This document shows, one piece after another, positions 49,555-59,716 of a DNA stretch of 64,000 bases. Made by a program: the position numbers and the translations under genes. Under the pieces are notes generated by a model, which did no database searches, was not told the origin of the DNA, and saw only the letters and a list, made by a program, of their open reading frames with translations. The stretch comes from an uncultured bacterium (GTDB lineage: Bacteria > Verrucomicrobiota > Verrucomicrobiia > Verrucomicrobiales > DEV007). Position 1 is the stretch's first letter, and each line of letters opens with the position of its first letter. The stretch is from positions 1-64,000 of the forward strand of contig CAXBMO010000030.1 of NCBI GenBank assembly GCA_963977015.1. The letters run 5' to 3'.

Positions 49555-50499
49555 ATGAACAGCCCTCTCACCATTGGCATGGACTTCGGCGGTACCACCG
49601 TAAAACTTGGCGTCTGCCAAGGCGAAGATCTCATCGAAGTCTGCGAGCCGATTCCCACCGACCGTTACCCCGGAGTTGATCCATTGGTCGAGGCCATGGT
49701 GAGGGATATCGACAAACTTCGCGAGAAACACGATGTCGTCGCGATCGGCGCCGGCGTCCCTGGCTTTGTCGACTTTGAAGCCGGCTTCATCTACAACCTC
49801 ACCAACGTTCCCGGCTGGCACGACGTTCCCCTCAAGCACATCCTTCATCAGCGGACCAATCTCCCCGTCGTCGTGGAAAACGACGCCAACGCCATGGCCT
49901 ATGCGGAATGGAAATGCGGCGCCGCCAAGGGGCTTACCAACGTCGTCTGCATCACCCTCGGCACCGGAGTAGGAGGCGGACTCATTTTGGACGGCAAACC
50001 CTTCCGCGGAAGCTCGTTCGGAGCTGGAGAGATCGGCCAGATGAGCATCGACGCCAACGGCCGGGCCGGAAACTACGGCAACCTCGGCGCGCTCGAGAAA
50101 TACATCGGCAATCAGCAAATCGAAGACCTCGCCCGCAAGCGCTACGCCAACGTCGGGGAAGATGCCCGGCCTGATGACTGCACCCCACGTCACATCGCCG
50201 AAGCCGCAGCGAACGGAGACGACATCGCGCGCCAGATTTGGGGCGAAATCGGTGGCTGGCTCGGCTGCGCCCTCACCAGCATTACCTGGATCCTCAACCC
50301 CGATGCCATCGTCATTGGCGGAGGCATCGCCAAAGCCGGCAACCTCCTCTTCGATCCCCTCAAGCGGCAAATGCAATGCCAACTCAACCCCGTTTTCTGG
50401 GAGAACATCCAAATCCTCCGCGCCAAATTCGGGAACGAAGCCGGCATGATCGGAGCCGCCGCCCTCGCCGCAGAGGAAGCGCAAAAAATGGAAGTGTAG
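49555..50499 (+). CDS. ROK family sugar kinase (glucokinase-like)
   Basis: DFGGT, ENDAN, TLGTGVGGG, GEIG, IGGG, AGMIGAA. Confidence 0.92.
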   Translation: MNSPLTIGMDFGGTTVKLGVCQGEDLIEVCEPIPTDRYPGVDPLVEAMVRDIDKLREKHDVVAIGAGVPGFVDFEAGFIYNLTNVPGWHDVPLKHILHQRTNLPVVVENDANAMAYAEWKCGAAKGLTNVVCITLGTGVGGGLILDGKPFRGSSFGAGEIGQMSIDANGRAGNYGNLGALEKYIGNQQIEDLARKRYANVGEDARPDDCTPRHIAEAAANGDDIARQIWGEIGGWLGCALTSITWILNPDAIVIGGGIAKAGNLLFDPLKRQMQCQLNPVFWENIQILRAKFGNEAGMIGAAALAAEEAQKMEV

Positions 50500-50519
50500 G
50501 TGTTGTGTCTTGCGAGGCT

Positions 50520-50586
50520 GCTGAAAACGTATTGCGGAGATTTCTCCGCAAGGTTCCGGACAAATGTCCGGAATACGGTTTCAGCC
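50520..50586. repeat. REP-like doublet (two inverted GTAT-palindrome units)
   Basis: gtattgcggagatttctccgcaa and ttccggacaaatgtccggaatac enclosed by gctgaaa/tttcagc. Confidence 0.65.
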
Positions 50587-50654
50587 ACGACGGAGGGCCG
50601 CTCTCCAGGTTTCATCATTTGGCCTCCTCGTGACTTTCTGCTAGGGGTGTCCTT

Positions 50655-51845
50655 ATGGAACGCCGTCATTTTCTTCGAACCACCACTGCTGCAACCTTGG
50701 CTGCACCTGCTCTTCTTCGAGCGGCGGATGAATTGCCTTCGAAACTTCGCGTGGGGGTGATTGGGCACACGGGCCGCGGGAGTTTCGGGCATGGGTTGGA
50801 TACGGTGTGGACGAAGGTGGAGGAGACGGAGATCGTGGCGGTGGCGGATGCGGATGCAGCCGGGCTGGAAAAGGCGAAGGGGCGATTGAACTTGGATTCC
50901 GGTTTCGCGGACTACCGAACGATGCTCGCCGAAGTTCGGCCGGAGATCGTGGCGGTTTGCCCACGTCATGCAGATCAGCATCATGAGATGGCGTTGGCGG
51001 CGATCGAGGCGGGGGCGAAGGGTGTTTACATCGAGAAGCCGTTTGTCCGCACTCCGGCGGAGGCGGATGCGATCGTGGCGGCCTGCCTGTCGAGCGGTGC
51101 GAAACTGGCGGTGGCGCATCGCAATCGGTATCACCCGACGTTGAAGGCGATCGATGCGTTGATCGAAGCAGGGAAGATCGGGAAGGTGCTGGAAATTCGC
51201 GCTCGCGGAAAAGGGGATGCGCGCGGCGGGGCGCAGGATTTGTGGGTGCTGGGATCGCACAGCTTGAATTTGGTTCACTATTTCGGGGGCGCTCCGAGGT
51301 CGTGTTCGGCGGTGTTGAAGAAGGATGGCAAGCCGGTGACGAAGGCGGACGTGGTCGAGGGCGCGGAGGGGCTCGGGTTGCTTGCCGGCAATGAACTGCA
51401 CGCGCGTTTTGAGCTGGAGAGTGGCCTAACGGCTTACTTTGATTCGATCGCGAATGATGGGACGAAGAGCGCGGGGTTCGGCCTCCAGATCATTGGGAGC
51501 GAGGGGCTTCTGAACCTTCAATGTGACAAGACGATTCTGGCTCACCTGGCGCCGGGCAACCCGTTCCAGCCGACGAAAGGGGCGCGTCCCTGGATTCCGG
51601 TGTTTTCAGATGGGTTGACGGAGGCGGAGCCGAATTTGGAGCTGATTCACGAGGCGCAACATCATGTGGCGGCGGTGCGGGATCTGGTGGCGGCGATTCG
51701 CGAGGATCGCGAGCCGTTGTGCTCGGCGGCTGACGGGGCGCTAACGGTTGAGATGATCTGCGCAACGTTTGAGTCGCACCGGCAGGGGGGCAGGGCGGTC
51801 GCGTTTCCACTCCAGCAGCGGGAGAATGCGTTGAGTCTGCTTTGA
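50655..51845 (+). CDS. Gfo/Idh/MocA oxidoreductase with Tat signal
   Basis: RRHFL, IGHTGRG, EKP, G.H motifs. Confidence 0.9.
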   Translation: MERRHFLRTTTAATLAAPALLRAADELPSKLRVGVIGHTGRGSFGHGLDTVWTKVEETEIVAVADADAAGLEKAKGRLNLDSGFADYRTMLAEVRPEIVAVCPRHADQHHEMALAAIEAGAKGVYIEKPFVRTPAEADAIVAACLSSGAKLAVAHRNRYHPTLKAIDALIEAGKIGKVLEIRARGKGDARGGAQDLWVLGSHSLNLVHYFGGAPRSCSAVLKKDGKPVTKADVVEGAEGLGLLAGNELHARFELESGLTAYFDSIANDGTKSAGFGLQIIGSEGLLNLQCDKTILAHLAPGNPFQPTKGARPWIPVFSDGLTEAEPNLELIHEAQHHVAAVRDLVAAIREDREPLCSAADGALTVEMICATFESHRQGGRAVAFPLQQRENALSLL

Positions 51846-51896
51846 GCTCGGGTCTCCCACTTGCAACGCGACGCGGGTCGCTTTAAGAGTCCCCGC

Positions 51897-52508
51897 ATGA
51901 ACGACACCTACGAGCGTCTCGAGTTTGTGCCGCGCGATGGTGACTACTTCGCGGAGGCCGCGCCGTCCGATATTTTTGAGCGCGATGCGCCTCTGGAGTT
52001 GGATTTGGGGTGTGGCGATGGCGGGTTTTTGATGGCGATGGCGGCGGAGTTTCCGGATCGCAATTTCATCGGCGTGGAGCGTTTGCTCGGCCGGGTTCGC
52101 GCCGTGTGCCGAAAGGCGGATCGACGTGGGTTGGAGAATCTGCGCGTGTTGCGGCTCGATAGCGCCTACGCCGCGGGTTGGCTCTTTCCCAAGAATGCGT
52201 TTTCGCGGATTCACCTCCTGTTTCCCGATCCCTGGCCGAAGAAGAAGCATCAAAAACGGCGCATCGTCACTCCCGAGTTTGTGGCCGCGATTCATGCGTT
52301 GTTGGAGCCCGGCGGCGAGTTTCTCTTCAAGACCGATCACGAAGAATATTTTGAGCAGGCGAGTGAGGTGATCCGGGCTTTCGAACCGATGGAGGAAGTT
52401 CCGTGGCCGGCAGACGCCTTTTTTTATGCGGAGACGGACTTTGAGCGTCAGTGGAAGGAGGAAGGGAAACGGATTCAGGGCGTCCGGGTGCGGAAGCCGG
52501 AGGCATAA
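51897..52508 (+). CDS. trmB: tRNA (guanine-N7)-methyltransferase
   Basis: LDLGCGDG, GVE, FPDPWPKKKHQKRR, KTD, T.FE. Confidence 0.93.
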   Translation: MNDTYERLEFVPRDGDYFAEAAPSDIFERDAPLELDLGCGDGGFLMAMAAEFPDRNFIGVERLLGRVRAVCRKADRRGLENLRVLRLDSAYAAGWLFPKNAFSRIHLLFPDPWPKKKHQKRRIVTPEFVAAIHALLEPGGEFLFKTDHEEYFEQASEVIRAFEPMEEVPWPADAFFYAETDFERQWKEEGKRIQGVRVRKPEA

Positions 52509-52605
52509 GGCGGATTTGTGACCGAGACTATGCGTTGACCACCCTAGCAACTTCACTATAGTCGCGCACGTTACATCAACCCTAATTTTTTAAACAACTA
52601 CGACC

Positions 52606-53100
52606 ATGGCATTAGCAATTGGAACCAAAGCCCCTGATTTCACCCTGACCACGCTTGGCGAAAGCGGCCCGGAACTCTGGACCCTCAGCGAGAAGGTTGG
52701 CGAGAAGAACCTGCTGCTCCTCTTTGTGCCCATGGCATTTACCGGCGGTTGCACCAAGGAATTCTGTGAGATCACCAGCACGATGAACGAGTACACGGAT
52801 CTGAACGCGACCGTGGTCGGCATTTCCGGGGACAATCCCTTCGCGCAGGCGGCCTGGGCCGAAAAAGAAGGCATCAAAATGACGCTTCTCGCTGATTATG
52901 AGCACGAAGTGACTTCTGCGTTCGATGTAAAATACGACACCTTCCTCCCTGCGAAGAATTTGACGATGGGTGGCGTTTCCAAGCGTTCCGCGTTCATCAT
53001 CGACAAGGAAGGCGTGGTTCAGTATGCGGAAAGCAACGACGATCCAGGCCAGATGCCCGATTTCGCGGCAATCAAAGCCAAATTGGCTGAATTGGGCTAG
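52606..53100 (+). CDS. Peroxiredoxin (AhpC/TSA family, AhpE-like)
   Basis: APDFTL, P.AFTGGCTKE, R..FIID..G. Confidence 0.9.
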   Translation: MALAIGTKAPDFTLTTLGESGPELWTLSEKVGEKNLLLLFVPMAFTGGCTKEFCEITSTMNEYTDLNATVVGISGDNPFAQAAWAEKEGIKMTLLADYEHEVTSAFDVKYDTFLPAKNLTMGGVSKRSAFIIDKEGVVQYAESNDDPGQMPDFAAIKAKLAELG

Positions 53101-53133
53101 GCTGCAGACCCTCAGATCTTCTCACAACTCCAG

Positions 53134-53619
53134 ATGAACTGGCGAAGCACGTTAGGCGTGGCCTTCTTCGGGTGCCTTGCGCTCGTTGGTTGCCGTTCGG
53201 ATCAGCCGGGCCCTTTGACGTGGGAGGTGGATTCTCCCGCGGCGCTTGAACTGACGGAACTCAATCGCAGGCTGACTGAGGCTTACGAAAACGAGGACAT
53301 CGCCGCGTTGCGGGGGTTTCTGGCGGATGATCACGTTCACAACAACGTATTTGGCTTTGCCATGGGGAAAGACCAGTTTCTGAGCGACATCGAGTCGGGA
53401 ACGCTGGAATTTCTCTCCTATGAGACCCCGGAAATCCGCTGGCATCTTCAGGATGACGTCGCCATCGCGACGGGATTGATTCATGCCAAGGCCGAGCGAG
53501 GCGGGAAGGCGGTGCCTGCCGAGAAGTTCCGGTTTACGCGGATCTTCGTTCGGCGGGAAGGGGAGTGGAAGGTGCTTCTCTTCCACAACACGATGGATGG
53601 AAAGCCTCCGGGAGCTTAG
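53134..53619 (+). CDS. NTF2-like (DUF4440) lipoprotein
   Basis: Lipobox LVGC, D..AL...LADD, RFT.IF.R..G.WK. Confidence 0.8.
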   Translation: MNWRSTLGVAFFGCLALVGCRSDQPGPLTWEVDSPAALELTELNRRLTEAYENEDIAALRGFLADDHVHNNVFGFAMGKDQFLSDIESGTLEFLSYETPEIRWHLQDDVAIATGLIHAKAERGGKAVPAEKFRFTRIFVRREGEWKVLLFHNTMDGKPPGA

Positions 53620-53686
53620 GTTTCTTGGGAAGGTAATTGGTTGTCTTTTCGTGGGCTTGGTTCCCTCAAACTTCGTAAGTTACAAA

Positions 53687-53706
53687 CAGACTAGTCAGTC
53701 TATAAT
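53687..53706 (+). promoter_or_regulatory. TetR operator-like box overlapping a TATAAT -10 element
   Basis: CAGACTAGTCAGTCTA overlapping TATAAT, upstream of tetR. Confidence 0.65.
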
Positions 53707-53717
53707 GCTATATCATC

Positions 53718-54284
53718 ATGCGAGTCCCTGCTAAACAACGAATCCTCGACACCGCCTCACGCCTCTTTGCCGAGCGTGGATACTCCGAGGTGGGTATCAA
53801 CGAAATCATCGAAAAATCAGGCACCGCGAAGGCGACCTTCTACCATCATTTTCCGTCCAAAGAAGCCCTCTGCGAAGCGTGGTTGTTGTCGATGCATGAT
53901 CGCTCTGAAGTCAATCGCCAGAATATCATCAATAGCGACGGACCCGTGGCTGAAAAAGTGGTCACTTACTTCCAGGGATTGCGTGATTACCTGAAGAATA
54001 ACGAATTTAGAGGCTGTCCCTTCTCCAATACGGCGGCGGTTTGCACGGATGAAGAATCGACGCTTTGCCGCCATGTGGAGGATCATAAACTCGGGATTCG
54101 CGACTTTTTCCGCGATTTGGCGAGCGAGTTTACGGCGACGGGGGCGCGGGCTCGGGAAATTGGCGATGTGCTCTTTGTGCTTTACTCCGGAGCGTCGGTT
54201 GAGGCCCAGAATTTGAAGGCCATGTGGCCGGTCGATGCGGCGATTCAGGCGGCTCGCGAAATTTGTGAGCGAGAGAATTGTTAG
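53718..54284 (+). CDS. TetR/AcrR family regulator (GCPF-type)
   Basis: RILDTA..LF..G, KATFYHHFPSKE, RGCPF.N. Confidence 0.93.
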   Translation: MRVPAKQRILDTASRLFAERGYSEVGINEIIEKSGTAKATFYHHFPSKEALCEAWLLSMHDRSEVNRQNIINSDGPVAEKVVTYFQGLRDYLKNNEFRGCPFSNTAAVCTDEESTLCRHVEDHKLGIRDFFRDLASEFTATGARAREIGDVLFVLYSGASVEAQNLKAMWPVDAAIQAAREICERENC

Positions 54285-54300
54285 TTTTTTTGTTTGCGAA

Positions 54301-54316
54301 CAGACAGACTGGTCTG
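54301..54316 (+). promoter_or_regulatory. Second TetR operator-like box, upstream of the ECF sigma gene
   Basis: CAGACAGACTGGTCTG, similar to the 53687 box. Confidence 0.6.
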
Positions 54317-54438
54317 TATCGGTATAAGCCAAGAGCGAGATGCGCTTCCTTCTGCAAATCAGACAAAAAAAGTAACTCTGCTCTGCAATCAGCAAGCCAT
54401 CTCATCCGTAATCTCAATCGATCAACCTTCCCAACCCA

Positions 54439-55044
54439 ATGAACGCAATCGCTACTCACGAGCTCGATCCATACAACTGGAACGAAAACCATCGGGACTA
54501 CCTCATGCACTACGCCTTGGGCAAAGTGCGCAACCCATCCATTGCCGAAGACGTCGTCCAAGAGACCTTTCTCGCTGCCTGGAAGGCACGGAAGAAGTTT
54601 CAGGGCAAAGCGGCCGAGCGCACCTGGCTCACCCGCATCCTCTTGAACAAAATCTCCGACTTTTATCGCTCCGCCGCCCGCAAACCCAGCGTGATGATGA
54701 GCCAACTCGACATTGATGCCGACGAAAACGACGCGCTCGATGCCATCAACTACGCTCAAAACGGCGACCAGAGTCCGGCCCATGAGCAACCGGCGCGCGC
54801 CGCTGAAAACGCGGAATTCGTCGAAATGGTCGAGACGGCCCTCGGAAACATCCCGGGACCAGCCGCTGAAGCCTTCCGGATGCGCGAACTCCAGGGGCTT
54901 TCGACCGAAGACATCACCAGCAAACTCGGGATCAGCCGCAATCACCTTTGGGTGCTGATTCACCGCGCCAAAAAGGCGTTGCGCGACCAACTGAGTTCCA
55001 TTTGGGAACCGACCGTGGTGATGCGTCCTTGCCCGGGTTGCTAA
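54439..55044 (+). CDS. ECF sigma factor with C-terminal CxxC
   Basis: AEDVVQETFL.A, RTWL..IL.NK, F.MRE..G, LWV..HRA, ends RPCPGC. Confidence 0.9.
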   Translation: MNAIATHELDPYNWNENHRDYLMHYALGKVRNPSIAEDVVQETFLAAWKARKKFQGKAAERTWLTRILLNKISDFYRSAARKPSVMMSQLDIDADENDALDAINYAQNGDQSPAHEQPARAAENAEFVEMVETALGNIPGPAAEAFRMRELQGLSTEDITSKLGISRNHLWVLIHRAKKALRDQLSSIWEPTVVMRPCPGC

Positions 55045-55102
55045 ATCCGATTTCTACCTCCCCAACCGAAAGGAATCGTCTGTTTTGGTCGTGATCCGTG
55101 TG

Positions 55103-57520
55103 ATGACCAAACAGGCGATTTCTCTTTTACTGATTCTCGTTTTTGGGGCCGTGGCCCGCGGGGCGGATTCGCCGGATTTCGATCGCGATGTCGCCCCATT
55201 TTTCGAGCAGCATTGTGTTCGTTGTCACGGGGAAAAGAGGCAGAAGGGCGATTTTCGGATCGATACGCTTTCCAAGGATGTTGGGACGGGGCACTCGGTC
55301 AATCATTGGCTCGAGGTGATTGAGAAGATCAACTCTGCGGAAATGCCGCCGGATGATGAGCCGGAATTGCCGACTGCGGAAGAAGCTTCCGCCATCACGG
55401 AATGGCTCGCGGCTCGCATCGACGAGGGCGAGGCGGTGCGATTGGCGACGCGGGAGGCGGTTTCGTTTCACCGGCTGAGCCGGGAGGAATACGCCAACAC
55501 GGTTTACGACCTTCTCGGCGTCAATTTCGACGTCACCGATCCCACCGGCTTGACCGAGGATTCCATCTGGCACGGGTTCGAGCGAATTGGTTCGGTCCTG
55601 TCGCTTTCCGCCTCGCACGTGGAGAAATACTTCGCGGCGGCGGAGACGATCCTGGCGGAAGCCTATCCCGAAAAACCGACGGAACCGTTCCTGGTTCGGA
55701 AAAAGGCGCTGGATTTGCGGGGCGGGCCGAGCAAGGAGCAGATTGCGAAGTTGGAGGAGCAGGGGATCGCAGACAAGGTGCGCGTCGACATGTGGCCGGG
55801 TCACAACCTTCAAGGCGGCCGCCCGGGACCGGGAAAACGCTTCGAAGTCGGTGGTGAATTCAAGGTGCGCCTCCAGGTGAGCGGATTGAAGCCGAAAGGC
55901 GGGCGCGCGCCGCATCTCAAGTTTTACGCCGACAAGCTGGACCGCATTCTTTACGAACAGGACATTCTCGCGCCGGAAGACGAGCCGGTCGTGATCGAGT
56001 TTCAAACCCATCTTCCGGCAGGAAGTCACTCGTTTCGGGTGGTGAACGACGTCCCGGGACCATCGATTCTGCCACGTTCGGGGCGTCCCGGGCGCAAACC
56101 CTTTTTCAGCCTGGCAGAGGGCCGGATTCCCTGGCAGTTGAAGCTGACCGACGAAGAAGGCGTTCCGCTGTATCCGTTCCTGATTCTGGATTGGATCGAA
56201 TGGGAAGGGCCGATCATTACCGACGACGCCAAAGCCAGGCGCGATGGTTATGTGGCAATGGATGGTAAAACGGCCGACCAGGCCCGGGCCGGGCTCGAGA
56301 AATTCGCAAAACGCGCCTTTCGACGCCCACCAACCGAGGCCGAGATCACCAAATATCTGGAGCTGATCGACTCCGAAATCGAAGCTGGTTCCGATTTCGT
56401 CTCCGCCGTGAAAACCGCGATGCTCGGAATCCTCTGTTCGAAGGATTTTCTCTACATCGTGGAGGGCTCGACCACCGATCAATCCGGAACGATCAACGAT
56501 TGGGAGTTGGCGACTCGGCTCGCCTATTTTCTTTGGAGCACGATGCCAGATGAGGAGCTGTTTGCCTTGGCTGAGGCGGGAACGCTCCACGAAACCGGGA
56601 TTCTCCAGGGCCAGGTCGCCCGAATGCTTGATGATCCCAAAGCCAGGCGCTTTGCCGAGGGATTTCCGCGCCAATGGTTTCAGCTTCAGAAGGTTGGAAT
56701 GTTCACGCCCGACTCCAAACTGTATCCGGAATACGACAAGTATCTGGAGCGCAGCATGATTCGCGAGACGACCGCTTTCTTTGCCGAGGTGTTGGAGAAG
56801 AATCTCAGCCTGAAGGAGTTTCTCGATTCCGATTGGACGATGATGAATCCGCGATTGGCGATGCACTACGGGTTGCCGCAGCCGGATCAGGATGTCTTTC
56901 AGCGCGTCTCGTTGTTGCCCGAGCACAACCGGGGCGGAATCCTGACTCAGGCGTCGATTCTCTCGCTCACGTCCGATGGAACCCGCCATCGCCCGGTTCA
57001 CCGCGGTGTTTGGGTCATGGAATCGATCTTCGGCAAATCACCTCCGCCCCCGCCCGCCAACGTCGATCCGATCGAACCGAATCCGGTGGATTCGCCCAAA
57101 GCGACGGTTCGCATGAAGCTGGAAGCGCACAAGGCCGACCCCAATTGCGCGTCCTGTCATCAGAAGATCGATCCGCTCGGAATCGCGTTCGACAACTACG
57201 ACGCGATTGGTCGCTGGCGCGAAGTCGAGAAGGTTCAAAACGGAGTCGGTGACGATCCCAAAGTCGATGCGAGCGGCGAGCTGGCCGACGGACGTGCGTT
57301 CACGGGACCGGAGGAATTCAAGGCGTTGCTTGAGGCGGACCTAGATGCCTTCAACGCGACGTTCGTGAAGAAGATGGCCACCTATGCGCTGCGCCGAACC
57401 ATGTCGGTCGACGACCGGTCTGACCTGGCGAATATCGCGGAATCGAGCAAGGAATCCGGATACCGGCTGCGTTCCGCGGTTGAAGCGTTTGTGCTCTCGG
57501 ATCTCTTTCAGACGCGTTAG
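55103..57520 (+). CDS. Planctomycete-type cytochrome c protein with DUF1587/1592/1588/1595/1585 domains
   Basis: CVRCH, RLSREEY.NT..DL.G, ELATRL.YFLW...PD, RGG.L.Q, PV.RG.W, CASCH. Confidence 0.9.
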   Translation: MTKQAISLLLILVFGAVARGADSPDFDRDVAPFFEQHCVRCHGEKRQKGDFRIDTLSKDVGTGHSVNHWLEVIEKINSAEMPPDDEPELPTAEEASAITEWLAARIDEGEAVRLATREAVSFHRLSREEYANTVYDLLGVNFDVTDPTGLTEDSIWHGFERIGSVLSLSASHVEKYFAAAETILAEAYPEKPTEPFLVRKKALDLRGGPSKEQIAKLEEQGIADKVRVDMWPGHNLQGGRPGPGKRFEVGGEFKVRLQVSGLKPKGGRAPHLKFYADKLDRILYEQDILAPEDEPVVIEFQTHLPAGSHSFRVVNDVPGPSILPRSGRPGRKPFFSLAEGRIPWQLKLTDEEGVPLYPFLILDWIEWEGPIITDDAKARRDGYVAMDGKTADQARAGLEKFAKRAFRRPPTEAEITKYLELIDSEIEAGSDFVSAVKTAMLGILCSKDFLYIVEGSTTDQSGTINDWELATRLAYFLWSTMPDEELFALAEAGTLHETGILQGQVARMLDDPKARRFAEGFPRQWFQLQKVGMFTPDSKLYPEYDKYLERSMIRETTAFFAEVLEKNLSLKEFLDSDWTMMNPRLAMHYGLPQPDQDVFQRVSLLPEHNRGGILTQASILSLTSDGTRHRPVHRGVWVMESIFGKSPPPPPANVDPIEPNPVDSPKATVRMKLEAHKADPNCASCHQKIDPLGIAFDNYDAIGRWREVEKVQNGVGDDPKVDASGELADGRAFTGPEEFKALLEADLDAFNATFVKKMATYALRRTMSVDDRSDLANIAESSKESGYRLRSAVEAFVLSDLFQTR

Positions 57521-59668
57521 TTAGAACCGGACAAGACCGCCGTGGGCGGCTTCGTCACCGAGCCCGCTCGCCTCTTCGTTGGATAACGCGCGGTCGAATA
57601 CGGCGATTTCATCGAGTCGGCCTTCCCAACCGTCCTGTCCATCGCTACGTCCTCCAACAAACAGGTCGCGTGATCGGGGCATGAGGATTTTCGCGGTGAA
57701 TTCGAGTTTTCCGTTGAGGTAAACGTTGGCCTCTTTTTCTCCGACGGTGAGGATCACATGCGTCCAGTTCCAGCGGGCTACGGTAGTGCTGCCGGTTGCC
57801 AGTTCTTTCCCTTGGGCGTGGAGGGTGAGTTTGCCTTGTGAATTGACTCCAAGATGAAGCCCACTTGAGGTAAGCCCATGATGCTCGTCGCACGAAACCA
57901 GCCATCCGAGAATTTCGCGAGACTCATTCGGCATTCCATTCCAGACACTCAAGGCGATGCTCCATCCGGAACCAACGGTGTTGGGAAGGCGGGAATGGAG
58001 TCGACCGCCGGCAAAGTGAGCTGAACGGTTCCCTTCCACCTCCGGAATGATCCCCGGTCCGGAACCGGGCCAATCAGCTTCGGGGATTGGACTGCAATAC
58101 CCACGGGGACCTGTTAGAAACGGCAGGATCGGTTGTTCCAGCGTCGCGGAACGCTCATTCCCACTCGAATCGCGCGCCAGGTTCCCACCAAACTCATCCA
58201 TCCGCCACCAGGCGATCGGCTTGAGCGCGACGAGAGCTTTCGCGGCCGCGCCTCCCTGACTTTGTTCGTAAGCCTTGCGCGGTTCACCCGTGATCTCCTC
58301 CAGCAGCTCCAACCCAGCTCCCACGATCTTTGGCTCGGCCATTACCTCCAGCCCCGCCGAACGCGCGGCCCACGTGTTGTAGCCGCCGAGAAGATGTTGC
58401 TCCGGTGGCGGGATGTAGCCGTCCGCGCCATTGGTCAGATCCAGCGTCATGGTGTGAGCCGTCGGGCTCTGGAGTTTGAGTTTCAGTCCCGAGATCGCGT
58501 AAGTCTCGTTCGGCGTCGTCACGATGCTGATATGGTCGCCAATTCGCAGCGCCTGAACCACGACGTCGGTGCGCTGCAACTTGTGGAGCTCGATCGCCTC
58601 GTTCGCGTAAACCTCGGTTCGCGTTTTGGGATCGCGATCGCCCATTTCCGCCACGATGCGTTCGGCCCATTCGAGTCGTTGCTTGGTCGGGACGCGGTAG
58701 GCCAGGTCGAGCCGTCGCTCCGCCATCCTGAGATCGACATCGCTTTGAAAATCGGACGAACCCGCCGCGCCCAAAATCAGGTCGCCTAGCGCTTTACTGT
58801 AGGTCTCGATTTCAGGTGAAACCCAGTTTTTATCGCGGTAGTCGCGCCGCCAGATGTCGCCGCTGCAGCCGTGTGACATGAGCGCCAATCCGCCGCCGAG
58901 TTGTTCCTCGATGTGATCGCAAAAGAGACCGAAGTAATCGGGGTTCACCGCTTTCACTCCACTAAAATAATGCATGCTGAAGTTGGCGAGAAAGGCGATG
59001 GGCTTCCCGTCGGTTGATTGAATCACTATCGCGGAAAGCTCCGGATCGAGAGGCCCGGATTCGCCGGTCACGTCGTCGAGATTCTTCGCGGCGTGCATGT
59101 TGGCGCGAACCGTCAAGTTTCCGAACGGATCCTCGCGCACCCGATCCGGCCGCAGCACCCATCGGCGGAGCGCGGTGTATTCGGCCGCGTCGGTTGAGGC
59201 CCAGCCAACTTGGGCGGGTTGCAGTTGGGAAGCCGCTTCCGTGATCGCTTCCGCCAGTTGCTCAATGAGCTGGGCGGAATACTTCAAATCCTGACGCGTG
59301 CCGAGACAACCGAACGAAGATGGTGCCGTGTGAGTGTGGGTTGCGGCAATCAGCATGTGATCCGGCGCGATGCCGGTGCGTTCCGACGCCAGCGCCTTGG
59401 CTTTGTCGAGCAAGGGACGCGGCATCATGCAACTGTCGGCGACGACGATGGCCAGCTTCGTCGCGCCATCACTGAGAACGATCGCGCGAGCGTGAATCGG
59501 CTTGGTCGCGGATTCCGCCGAGCGACTCGTCATCCCGCCATTCACGAGCACCGGCCATGCCCGGGGCGTGATATCGATCTTGGCGGTGCCTGCCTGGAAT
59601 TCGGCAAAAGCAGGGACGGCCAAACACAGAGAGCAAAGCGCCAGCAACCGGCGCAGAAGGGGTTTCAT
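57521..59668 (-). CDS. Secreted neutral/alkaline ceramidase-like hydrolase with C-terminal LamG domain
   Basis: AG.A..DITP, ATHTHTAP, SMHY, G.SGD, GYIP; G.LDEIAVFDRALS. Confidence 0.8.
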   Translation of the reverse strand: MKPLLRRLLALCSLCLAVPAFAEFQAGTAKIDITPRAWPVLVNGGMTSRSAESATKPIHARAIVLSDGATKLAIVVADSCMMPRPLLDKAKALASERTGIAPDHMLIAATHTHTAPSSFGCLGTRQDLKYSAQLIEQLAEAITEAASQLQPAQVGWASTDAAEYTALRRWVLRPDRVREDPFGNLTVRANMHAAKNLDDVTGESGPLDPELSAIVIQSTDGKPIAFLANFSMHYFSGVKAVNPDYFGLFCDHIEEQLGGGLALMSHGCSGDIWRRDYRDKNWVSPEIETYSKALGDLILGAAGSSDFQSDVDLRMAERRLDLAYRVPTKQRLEWAERIVAEMGDRDPKTRTEVYANEAIELHKLQRTDVVVQALRIGDHISIVTTPNETYAISGLKLKLQSPTAHTMTLDLTNGADGYIPPPEQHLLGGYNTWAARSAGLEVMAEPKIVGAGLELLEEITGEPRKAYEQSQGGAAAKALVALKPIAWWRMDEFGGNLARDSSGNERSATLEQPILPFLTGPRGYCSPIPEADWPGSGPGIIPEVEGNRSAHFAGGRLHSRLPNTVGSGWSIALSVWNGMPNESREILGWLVSCDEHHGLTSSGLHLGVNSQGKLTLHAQGKELATGSTTVARWNWTHVILTVGEKEANVYLNGKLEFTAKILMPRSRDLFVGGRSDGQDGWEGRLDEIAVFDRALSNEEASGLGDEAAHGGLVRF

Positions 59669-59716
59669 GGAGCAAGCTTCGGAAATCGATGCCGCGAACG
59701 CCAGCCCAAATGTCGC

